This document shows positions 48,866 to 57,248 of a DNA stretch of 64,000 nucleotides, piece after piece (position 1 is the stretch's first letter; each line of letters starts with the position of its first letter). Made by a program: the position numbers and the translations under genes. The DNA comes from Bdellovibrionota bacterium. Lineage in GTDB: Bacteria; Bdellovibrionota_C; UBA2361; JBIKUX01. Under the pieces are notes generated by a model that saw nothing but the letters and a program-made list of their open reading frames with translations, searched no databases and had not been told where the DNA came from. Where the stretch lies: positions 32,027 to 96,026 of the forward strand of contig JBIKUX010000008.1 of assembly GCA_044347345.1 (NCBI GenBank), written 5' to 3'.

Positions 48866-50110
48866 CTACTGTGCACTTGCTCGTGCTGCTTGTGGAGAGT
48901 TTATTTGACGCCATGCGCTATCCAGAGAGTCACCACGACTCAATAATGATATAAGTGTGGCAGGTTTAAGTGCCTCCTCCTGCAGTGCAGGTATTACGGA
49001 GATTAAATGTTCCTTGATTAGAGCACGAGATTCCCAGCCGCTTTGAAGATATTTATATATTTCTTCGCTGGAGAAATTGGCAAAGCTCATACACCGCTCT
49101 GGAAGACCTAGAAGCTCGAAAAAATATCTCACTTTTGGCTGATATTCGATACCTAATGTCGGGAGCAAAGCGCTGGCACCAAGTATGGTAGCATGTAACC
49201 GCATTCCAAATAATAATGAAAGCCTTTGCATAACTCCTTTAATATCATGATGGTTATAAACAGTATTAGCTAGTAACACTTTTTTGACCGGTGCTGAGAT
49301 CCTTTCCATTAACGCTTTAGTAATAGCTACATCATGGTGCTGAGTAGCGATAAAAACAAGTGTAGCACCCGTAGAGCGCGCAAACTTTGAAATACCTTCG
49401 GCATAGGCTGCTAAAAAGCGCTCCCGTCCCATAGAAGGTCTTTTTGGCCGTACCCATGTATCGAGATAAGCATTTATATTTATGCCCAGGAGATGCTTTT
49501 CATTATTAATACCCAGTGAACGCATAATACTTGATATGCGGATGTCATCAGCAGGACGTAGAGTTAGAGCAGCATCAGCTGTTACCATTACCCTTGGATT
49601 GGTGACTCCAAGGTCTTTTATTGCGGCCAGCCCACTTGGTTCTCTAACCGTGATGAAATCCATCATTTCTAAAATATCTCTAAGCATGCGCTGTCCCATA
49701 CTCGAGTCTGCTGGACCAATTCCGACGTTATAACATCCAAGGAGCTTGCCCGCCTTTTTGATCCGCGGCAACATTAACCATAGTGACGACATATAATTAA
49801 AAAGCGGATTATACAAAGCTCTATCAAATAATATAGCGTCAAAAATGAGCGCAAGATCGCTCCGCAAAAGTGACCGATAAGTTGGGATTCCCAACATCTT
49901 TAACGAAAATTGCCACGGCATCATTCCTATGGGCAAAGTACGATTGCGATAGTTGTTCCGAATAAAATCAGGCCTAATAGTTGGAATCTCATATAAAAGT
50001 TCAGATTCAGTAGCTTCATCTATAGCATCCATAATGCCGGCTATAAGGGCGGCATCTCCGGCATTTCTTCCTGAAGATGATCCTAGTAATGTAATCCTTT
50101 GAATAGTCAT
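48866..50110 (-). CDS. Polysaccharide pyruvyl transferase family protein
   Basis: GRNAGDAAL, NVGIGP, ITVRE..G, ADAAL, GMRLHATI and IEYQPKV motifs. Confidence 0.88.
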   Translation of the reverse strand: MTIQRITLLGSSSGRNAGDAALIAGIMDAIDEATESELLYEIPTIRPDFIRNNYRNRTLPIGMMPWQFSLKMLGIPTYRSLLRSDLALIFDAILFDRALYNPLFNYMSSLWLMLPRIKKAGKLLGCYNVGIGPADSSMGQRMLRDILEMMDFITVREPSGLAAIKDLGVTNPRVMVTADAALTLRPADDIRISSIMRSLGINNEKHLLGININAYLDTWVRPKRPSMGRERFLAAYAEGISKFARSTGATLVFIATQHHDVAITKALMERISAPVKKVLLANTVYNHHDIKGVMQRLSLLFGMRLHATILGASALLPTLGIEYQPKVRYFFELLGLPERCMSFANFSSEEIYKYLQSGWESRALIKEHLISVIPALQEEALKPATLISLLSRGDSLDSAWRQINSPQAARASAQ

Positions 50111-50154
50111 TTCAATGCCTCATACTCGTAAAATACGCTTAAAAGTAACTTAAA

Positions 50155-50949
50155 ATGCTTCTTGTTGATACCCACGTCCATTTCTATCAAGAGAGTAGAA
50201 ATAAAAAAATTCTCGCTCAAATTTTAAAAAGGATGATTACCTTAACTCCCGAGCAATACCACGGTGAACCAATCTATGCTTTATGTATCGTTGAGAGGAG
50301 TGGGAACCGCGATTGGGAGGGAATCATGCCGTTTACTGATTGTCATGAGCCAAGCCTCCGTTCCTTTACATTGGAGGAATTTCTACCTAAACTTTGGCTA
50401 ATTCAAGGATTCCAAACCGCCACATCGGAGCGTTTAGAGGTTCTCTCCCTAGGGTCTAGTAAACCGCCTCCTGAGAACCTGCCCCTGCTTGACACTCTTC
50501 AGGCCGTTAACGAAAATTCAGGCATTCCCGTTATCCCATGGTCATTCGGGAAATGGATGTTTAAACGAAAAAAAATTATTATTCAAGCTCTACAAGAAAA
50601 TCCATTTGTGATTCTCGGAGACATCCCTACCCGCCCAATTACAAAAATAACAACCAAAAATAACAAAGGGGAAACACAAGTTCTTCCTTCTTTACTGAAT
50701 CTACCTCAAACTCATAGGGTCTTGCTTGGTAGCGACCCACTACCACTCGCAGGCGAATCTCAACGAATCGGCTCATCTTGTTCTGTGTTGGAACACAATA
50801 GCAAACAGTGTAGCCTGAACTCCTTATGCCACAGCCTTCGTGAAGGTGCTTTGATTAAACAAATTGGTTATCAGCACAGTTATTCTAAAACTCTCGGTAA
50901 TTTGATAAGGCTTAAGCTAACGACGCATCACGGGAGGAGAAAATCTTGA
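50155..50949 (+). CDS. Hypothetical protein with PHP-like N-terminal metal motif
   Basis: DTHVHFY, EVLSLG, VIPWSFGKW and GSDPLP motifs. Confidence 0.6.
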   Translation: MLLVDTHVHFYQESRNKKILAQILKRMITLTPEQYHGEPIYALCIVERSGNRDWEGIMPFTDCHEPSLRSFTLEEFLPKLWLIQGFQTATSERLEVLSLGSSKPPPENLPLLDTLQAVNENSGIPVIPWSFGKWMFKRKKIIIQALQENPFVILGDIPTRPITKITTKNNKGETQVLPSLLNLPQTHRVLLGSDPLPLAGESQRIGSSCSVLEHNSKQCSLNSLCHSLREGALIKQIGYQHSYSKTLGNLIRLKLTTHHGRRKS

Positions 50950-52007
50950 TATTCACAAAAATTTTTAAAGCAATACTTTTGCCTCTTTTATTGAGCATTG
51001 TTGGTTTTGTTATTAGTTTAATCGTTGTAGAAGTTATATTTCGAGTAGCTCAACCTTTACTCGTCCGTCAAGCACCAACATCTGATAGACCCAGTTTTTA
51101 TTATGCTCATGAAGGATCTGTAACACAAGAAGGCGCAATAACACTGCAAGATTATCCACACAACATAGAGAAAGCTCAATCAATTTATCGCATAGCTATT
51201 GTGGGGGATTCATACTCATTTGCCCCGTATATGCAGTTTACAGATGCTTTCCCCAAAATATTAGAACGTATGCTTAACCTACGTCTTGGCCCAAGACAGG
51301 TGGAAGTCATTAACTACGGAGTACCAGCTTATTCCAGCAATCATGAAATCCAAGTAGTACAGCAAGCTTTAAGAGAGAGCGCCGACCTAATTATATTGCA
51401 GATAACCCTTAATGACCCTGAAATTAAACCTTATCGCCCAATTGGAATCACCCATTTTGATACTTGGGGGAAATTAAAGGTCACGGGCTGGAAAAAAACT
51501 TTACTGAATAATTGGCAATCTTTAGGTTTTTTCCTTACTCGTATTCACAATGAAAAAACTCGTAGAGATTATATTCAGTATTTTATTAATCTTTTTGAAG
51601 AAAAACGCACTTGGAATCACTTCAGTACTAGCGTTGAGAAAATGGTACAAATAACTCGTGAAGCTAAAACACCGCTTATAGCGGTGGTGCTTCCCCTATT
51701 TGGAGTTCCGTTAGATGAGAATTATCCATTCCATGGAGTACACGAAAAAATTAAACAATTAATGAAGCATAATCAGGTTCCTTTTCTTGATACTTACTCA
51801 AAATTTCACGGCATACCCCTTGAGCGAATACAAGTAATACCTGGAGAAGACCGTCATCCCAACGAAATAGGTCACCGAATCACAGCTGAGGCTATTTACG
51901 ACTGGTTGGAGCAAAATAATTTTGTTCCAAGCGAATTTTTTATTATTAGAAAATATAAAAAAAGGACTCAGATTCGAGATGAAATACCTTTCGTAAAGGA
52001 TAATTAA
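50946..52007 (+). CDS. Membrane-anchored SGNH/GDSL hydrolase
   Basis: TM; IAIVGDSYSF, EVINYGVPAYS, ITLND and DRHPN motifs. Confidence 0.88.
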   Translation: MIFTKIFKAILLPLLLSIVGFVISLIVVEVIFRVAQPLLVRQAPTSDRPSFYYAHEGSVTQEGAITLQDYPHNIEKAQSIYRIAIVGDSYSFAPYMQFTDAFPKILERMLNLRLGPRQVEVINYGVPAYSSNHEIQVVQQALRESADLIILQITLNDPEIKPYRPIGITHFDTWGKLKVTGWKKTLLNNWQSLGFFLTRIHNEKTRRDYIQYFINLFEEKRTWNHFSTSVEKMVQITREAKTPLIAVVLPLFGVPLDENYPFHGVHEKIKQLMKHNQVPFLDTYSKFHGIPLERIQVIPGEDRHPNEIGHRITAEAIYDWLEQNNFVPSEFFIIRKYKKRTQIRDEIPFVKDN

Positions 52008-52087
52008 TTATTAATAAATCAAGCCTTACGGTACAAAAGATTTATTTCATAGCTTGATGACGGTGGATTAATCTTCGCTATTATATT

Positions 52088-53680
52088 CTAACGAGTAATT
52101 TTTACATTTACTGGACCCAATGACGCACTTGAACCAAAAGCACACCGCACTTGAGCTTTTACCTGTATTTGCGGTAGTGATTTAGGGATTTTTCGTGATA
52201 CTGGTATCCTAAAAATCTGCCTTTTATTTGAAATTAAACGATTAAAACTCACCGTTGTGCCAGAGTCAGTAAAGGTACGATAAAGAGTAACTTCACATAA
52301 ATTGCCAGGGATTGACGATAATTTTACCGTAACATTTATATTCCGTCTGTTTCTAGACATATTAGCATTTATCCCACCTGATAAATTTATAGAAGTAGGT
52401 ATAGTCGGTACATTCGTTGGGAAATCAGTACTAGGTGGAAGTGATGGTTTCGCCGTTGGTGTAGTATCCGTTGTAATTGTAGGAGTGGGGGTTGCAAGAT
52501 CAAGGGATGAAAAACATTCAGATTTAGACCTTACAAAATTTGCGATATCATTTTTTGAGCATGATGAAAATTGAGTTGGAGGTTTATCGCCTAAACTTGT
52601 TCCCATCACAAAATTTTTACTACACTCAGGCCGGTTCACAATCTGTTGATCATGCACAGCTCCCAAGAGATGTCCAACTTCGTGAGCAAAGACAATATGA
52701 GTGACAGCGGGATTAACTTCTTGGACAATACCTGCTGATAAACCACCCTGCGCGCAAGCACCGCTTAACCAGGCTAGGCCGATAGTCGCTCCATCAAAAT
52801 TTCTACCTGAAAAAAGAATATGAACATCACTTTGAATCTTAGGTATGTTCATACTAAACCTCTCGTGTATTAACTCTGGATTGTTACTCCCAAAATCATC
52901 CCCACTGGTTTCAGCATTCTTATGATCAAAAGAGAGAGAGAGATCTTTGCGATAGATACCATCAGCCGCATTAACGTATGCTAATGATGCAATACGGGCA
53001 TCATTGCTGCCTCCCTTCTTATTTACAAATTGACGGTCTGCTTCAGTAACAACTTCAATAACTCTTAATTGACTAGATGATACTTTGGGTAATTTAGAGG
53101 CTGTATGTTTAAGTACATAATTGTTGCTTCTGATACCGCAGCCATCTAATGGAACAGCAAAATAGGGAGCACGATTTACAATTATTTTTTTATCATCTCT
53201 ATTGAATAATGCCCGATAATACACCACTCGCTTATCACTATGACCGTCTTGTACTGCTTTTCTTACCGGTAATGAAAAATTTAATACTAAAATTGTCTTG
53301 CCATGGCTATACGATGAAACCGCCGTCGCCGGATTCCTGATTTGCTTTCCTCCTCTTCGGCTAAATACAAAACCTTGGTATTTTTTTTCAGTTGAGTTGA
53401 TCTGTTTATAGTTTACCTCAGATAAAATAAAACGAAGTTGAGTATTGCCGAAAACTTTAGCAAAAATTTTCAGTGTGTTTTTACTGAATTTTTCATTGGG
53501 TCTACTAGCTTTACTACTTAAAACAGTTGAATGAATACTCATATAACGCGGAGAGCGAACTAATTGCTCACCTAAAACAGGCGAAATAATTAAGAAAAAA
53601 ACAAGTACTATAAACGTTAGAGATGCTAGTAACTTATAATACACTCCAACTTTATAAAGACTCGCCCTTACCTGCCTCAT
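52088..53680 (-). CDS. Secreted reprolysin-like (M12B) metalloprotease, paralog of 45158-47005
   Basis: GRNFDGATIGLAWL..AC; HEVGHLLGAVHD; FVMG Met-turn; short PT linker. Confidence 0.88.
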   Translation of the reverse strand: MRQVRASLYKVGVYYKLLASLTFIVLVFFLIISPVLGEQLVRSPRYMSIHSTVLSSKASRPNEKFSKNTLKIFAKVFGNTQLRFILSEVNYKQINSTEKKYQGFVFSRRGGKQIRNPATAVSSYSHGKTILVLNFSLPVRKAVQDGHSDKRVVYYRALFNRDDKKIIVNRAPYFAVPLDGCGIRSNNYVLKHTASKLPKVSSSQLRVIEVVTEADRQFVNKKGGSNDARIASLAYVNAADGIYRKDLSLSFDHKNAETSGDDFGSNNPELIHERFSMNIPKIQSDVHILFSGRNFDGATIGLAWLSGACAQGGLSAGIVQEVNPAVTHIVFAHEVGHLLGAVHDQQIVNRPECSKNFVMGTSLGDKPPTQFSSCSKNDIANFVRSKSECFSSLDLATPTPTITTDTTPTAKPSLPPSTDFPTNVPTIPTSINLSGGINANMSRNRRNINVTVKLSSIPGNLCEVTLYRTFTDSGTTVSFNRLISNKRQIFRIPVSRKIPKSLPQIQVKAQVRCAFGSSASLGPVNVKITR

Positions 53681-53784
53681 AGCTTTAGACCTATCCTTTT
53701 CTAGTAGCGCAAATTTAAAAACACGCTATATAGTTTAAGGTCGGTCGGTAAGCGCTTTTATACTCTTAAGAATTTTCTTTAATA

Positions 53785-53816
53785 AATTTTAAGATATGTT
53801 TAGATATCTTAAAATT
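53785..53816. terminator. Perfect 13-bp inverted repeat (terminator or operator)
   Basis: AATTTTAAGATAT-GTTTAG-ATATCTTAAAATT, just after the stop of the 53823-54845 gene and upstream of the protease gene. Confidence 0.55.
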
Positions 53817-53822
53817 ATTAGC

Positions 53823-54845
53823 CTAATGTGACCGTTTACTTACTACATAAAAACGTTCACGAATAGGGGCTACTGGCGAAGGCTCAAGCACACATGAGCT
53901 GGTGATATTACCAAACTGTAACATTTCTTCCTCTAGATCTTCGTCTGAAAAGAACATTAAAGAACATGGGAATGGGCGTACTACTGGATTATCGATAAAA
54001 TGTAAGTTAGTTACATCATGCATCACTAGGTCGAGTAGCGCATTTGTTAAGTGACAATAGATATCGTCTCTTTTATGCGTAGTTTCAATTAATATAAGGG
54101 TTCCATTTGCTGCCAAAACTCGAAAAATTTCTCGTAAAGTCCGGCGAGCTTTTCCAAGTGAGGTAAAATGATGGAATGTATTGAAAGCTAGCATAGTCTG
54201 AATGCTTTCAGATGGTTCAGTCTGCAAACTACATATACGGTGAAGCTCGTTTGGTGACACTCCTTTAATGAATTTAACTAGACCTGTTTGTGCCTGTGGG
54301 GCTAAGTAATCTTCCACATCACAAAATTGTAAACTCTCGCCACAAGGAATTATTGAATCCATTACTACCGGAGAATGTGCAGCATCAACCCCAGTACCTA
54401 CTTCAAAAACATGCAGAGTTTTATTCGAATATTTGTTTGCAATGTTTTCTAATGTCTCCTGCAAAAGTGGCACAAGGGATCTCTGATAGTGCTTATCCTT
54501 ATCTACTAAAATCTCAAAAGGTTCATTACACGGAATATTAGCAAGGTCTAAAAACTCTGGCCTTAACCTTAAGATATCACCAAAATGTTCAATAGTTTCC
54601 TCAGGCGAGGCTGACCGAAGAAGAGAAAAATATCGCTCTAAAGAGAAACTATCCTTTACTCTTTCTAGAGAAGCTTGTAGAGAATATCTGATGTCTCGGT
54701 CAAATCTAAATTTATGAGACCCACGTCCAGAAAGTCTTCCCTCAAATAATTGATTAGCGTAACGAATAATATTTAAATCAAAATTAGCTAAGTAACTTGG
54801 TGCGAAAATCTCTGCGGCCATGATATGTCCCCCTATTTCACCCAT
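53823..54845 (-). CDS. Class I SAM-dependent methyltransferase-like protein
   Basis: VFEVGTG, FCDVE, AFNTFHHF and IFRVLAANGTLILIE motifs. Confidence 0.7.
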   Translation of the reverse strand: MGEIGGHIMAAEIFAPSYLANFDLNIIRYANQLFEGRLSGRGSHKFRFDRDIRYSLQASLERVKDSFSLERYFSLLRSASPEETIEHFGDILRLRPEFLDLANIPCNEPFEILVDKDKHYQRSLVPLLQETLENIANKYSNKTLHVFEVGTGVDAAHSPVVMDSIIPCGESLQFCDVEDYLAPQAQTGLVKFIKGVSPNELHRICSLQTEPSESIQTMLAFNTFHHFTSLGKARRTLREIFRVLAANGTLILIETTHKRDDIYCHLTNALLDLVMHDVTNLHFIDNPVVRPFPCSLMFFSDEDLEEEMLQFGNITSSCVLEPSPVAPIRERFYVVSKRSH

Positions 54846-55028
54846 TTAACTCTTTACTCATTGCTACTTTTACTTCAAACAAAATTCAAATAAATTCGTA
54901 CAATTGAATCCTAGGACTAAGGAATTCGCCTGATAGTTGAAATTATAGCTTTTATTGAATTTGCGAATTATTATTTATGGGATAGGTGAACTTAGTAAAA
55001 AAACGATAAAATACAACTTTGAGTAAAT

Positions 55029-56081
55029 ATGAATTCTTCTTTTTCTGCCGGAATTATTGGAGCCTCTGGATACACCGGCGCTGAGCTTCTACGCATTCTA
55101 GAGGGACATCCGCAAATAAAAGTAGTAGTAGCGACCGGAAATTCAGATTCCGGAAAATCGATTGACGAGATTTTCCCTCATTTAACAGCTTTTAAAGGCA
55201 TTAATCTAACAAATCTTAAAGATCAAAAAGGAGAATTAGATAAATGCGATATTGTTTTTTCTTGTCTACCTCACGGTGAAGGCATGGATGTTCTACCAAC
55301 GATAAAAACAAGGGTCATAGATCTCGCCAGTGATTTTCGCTTACGTGATCCCAGTCTTTATATTCAGTGGTACGGTAAACCTCACTCAAATCAAGAATCA
55401 CTTGCTAGTTGGGTTTATGGTCTTCCTGAGTGCTTTAGAAGTTCAATATCAAATAGGGAGACCAGGCAGATTGCAAATCCTGGTTGTTATGCAACGGGTG
55501 TAATTGTCTCTTTGGCTCCAGCTGTAGCACATGGACTCATTGATGGTGCGATTACAGTTGATGCTTGCTCTGGAACGTCAGGGGCTGGCAAAAAAATGAG
55601 TTTTAGCACTCATTTTTCACATCTTGGTGAAGGCATGAATGCCTATAAGGTCGGATGCCATCAACATACGGGAGAAATTGAACAAGCACTTAACGAAATA
55701 GCTAGCATTGGCAACTATAAACCGGTTGTCGTTTCAATGACAGCTCATCTAATACCGGTAGCCAGAGGCATTCATGCAACTTGCTCTGCCTCTCTATCAA
55801 AAGCAATAAATACTGAAGAGTTAAGAGAGTTGTACCGTGAGTGGTATATTGATGAGCCATTTATAACTATAAGCAGTAATCCTCCTCATACTAAAATTGT
55901 TCGAGGCACCAATCGAATTGTTGTATCGCCGACAGTAGACAATCGAACTAATCGTCTAATAGTAACCTCTGTGCTTGACAATTTAGTGAAGGGCGCTGCC
56001 GGCCAAGCTATCCAAAATGCCAACATTCTTTTAGAAATTCCTGAAACTATGGGTCTTACGGCTAGCGCAATTTACCCATAA
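55029..56081 (+). CDS. argC: N-acetyl-gamma-glutamyl-phosphate reductase
   Basis: IIGASGYTG, DLASDFRL, IANPGCY, SGTSGAG and DNLVKGAAGQAIQN motifs. Confidence 0.97.
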   Translation: MNSSFSAGIIGASGYTGAELLRILEGHPQIKVVVATGNSDSGKSIDEIFPHLTAFKGINLTNLKDQKGELDKCDIVFSCLPHGEGMDVLPTIKTRVIDLASDFRLRDPSLYIQWYGKPHSNQESLASWVYGLPECFRSSISNRETRQIANPGCYATGVIVSLAPAVAHGLIDGAITVDACSGTSGAGKKMSFSTHFSHLGEGMNAYKVGCHQHTGEIEQALNEIASIGNYKPVVVSMTAHLIPVARGIHATCSASLSKAINTEELRELYREWYIDEPFITISSNPPHTKIVRGTNRIVVSPTVDNRTNRLIVTSVLDNLVKGAAGQAIQNANILLEIPETMGLTASAIYP

Positions 56082-56169
56082 GTGCAATAGATTTATTAAA
56101 CCAACTTTGCCCTTCTTAGGTTCCATGACACTAGTTAGTTAAAGAAGAACTAACCTCTAATTTAGCCCT

Positions 56170-56199
56170 AACTACTTAGTAGTCCAAACTACTTAGTAG
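56170..56199. repeat. AACTACTTAGTAG x2 (17-bp period)
   Basis: Copies at 56170 and 56187. Confidence 0.75.
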
Positions 56200-56213
56200 C
56201 CATGAGCTACCAA

Positions 56214-57227
56214 CTAGACTAATGCCATCGCAGTCTTTTTAATCCCTTCAGCTACGGTACATGACGGCTGAAATCCTAAAAGATTGCGGGCTCGTTCTAT
56301 AGAAAAGTAATGGTCAGTTGACATTTCTTTTACTAAAAAACGAGTAATTCTAGGCTCACCCAAAAATGGAAAAAGCCGGCAGGCTACTTCACACAAAGAG
56401 GCTACGCTATACGCAACCTTTACGGGAATCTGCTTAGTAATCGCAGGCTGATTATAGATGGCAATAAAGGCATTCACCCAATCCCAAAAAGGGGTAGGCT
56501 CACCCTGACTAATAAAATAGGCCTTACCAGCTACTAAATCTGGAGTATTCAGTAAGGCTCTAGCCCCAACTAAATGTGCGTCAACACAATCATCAATATA
56601 AGTAAAATCAACTAGAGGATTCCTAGAACCAAGACGCACCAACGAGCCAGCTTTAGCACGCGCTAAAATTGCCGGTCCTAAACTAGTATCACCCGGACCA
56701 AATATCAAATGAGGACGCAATGCCAATGTCCTCATGCCACCCACTTTATCCGCCGCTAACACAAGGCGCTCCGCTATGGCCTTCGTTTTGGGATATTCTG
56801 CCAAGTAATGCTTAGGATATGGATAGGTCTCATCGACTCCCTTTAAATCTTCCCCACCAGCTATAACACTGGGGGAACTGGTATAGACGAAAGCTTTTAC
56901 ACCAGCTGCGGCGGCTGCATGTAAAACCATTCTGGTGACGCCTACATTTTGTTTTTCAAAATCCTCTGAATTTCCCCACATCGCAACTTTTGATGCAACA
57001 TGAAACACTACATCACATCCCTCAAAAAGACGAGGTGTTACAGCATCTTTGGAGCTAAGATCAACTAACTTTGTTTGTAAGTGAGAAGAGCTATGTATCG
57101 TCAAAGGTCGCCGTGCGATAGCTCTAATATAATTGGAATGCTCGACACCTTCATCTTGAGAAAGTAATTTACGAACAATGGCACTACCAACAAAACCACC
57201 GGCTCCCGTTACTGCTGAACTAAACAT
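56214..57227 (-). CDS. oleD: 2-alkyl-3-oxoalkanoate reductase (3-beta-HSD-like SDR)
   Basis: VTGAGGFVG, VFHVAS, YTSSPSV, YPKTK (YxxxK), LRPHLIFGPGD and YIDD motifs; operon context. Confidence 0.88.
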   Translation of the reverse strand: MFSSAVTGAGGFVGSAIVRKLLSQDEGVEHSNYIRAIARRPLTIHSSSHLQTKLVDLSSKDAVTPRLFEGCDVVFHVASKVAMWGNSEDFEKQNVGVTRMVLHAAAAAGVKAFVYTSSPSVIAGGEDLKGVDETYPYPKHYLAEYPKTKAIAERLVLAADKVGGMRTLALRPHLIFGPGDTSLGPAILARAKAGSLVRLGSRNPLVDFTYIDDCVDAHLVGARALLNTPDLVAGKAYFISQGEPTPFWDWVNAFIAIYNQPAITKQIPVKVAYSVASLCEVACRLFPFLGEPRITRFLVKEMSTDHYFSIERARNLLGFQPSCTVAEGIKKTAMALV

Positions 57228-57248
57228 AAATGAATTTCACTTAGACAG

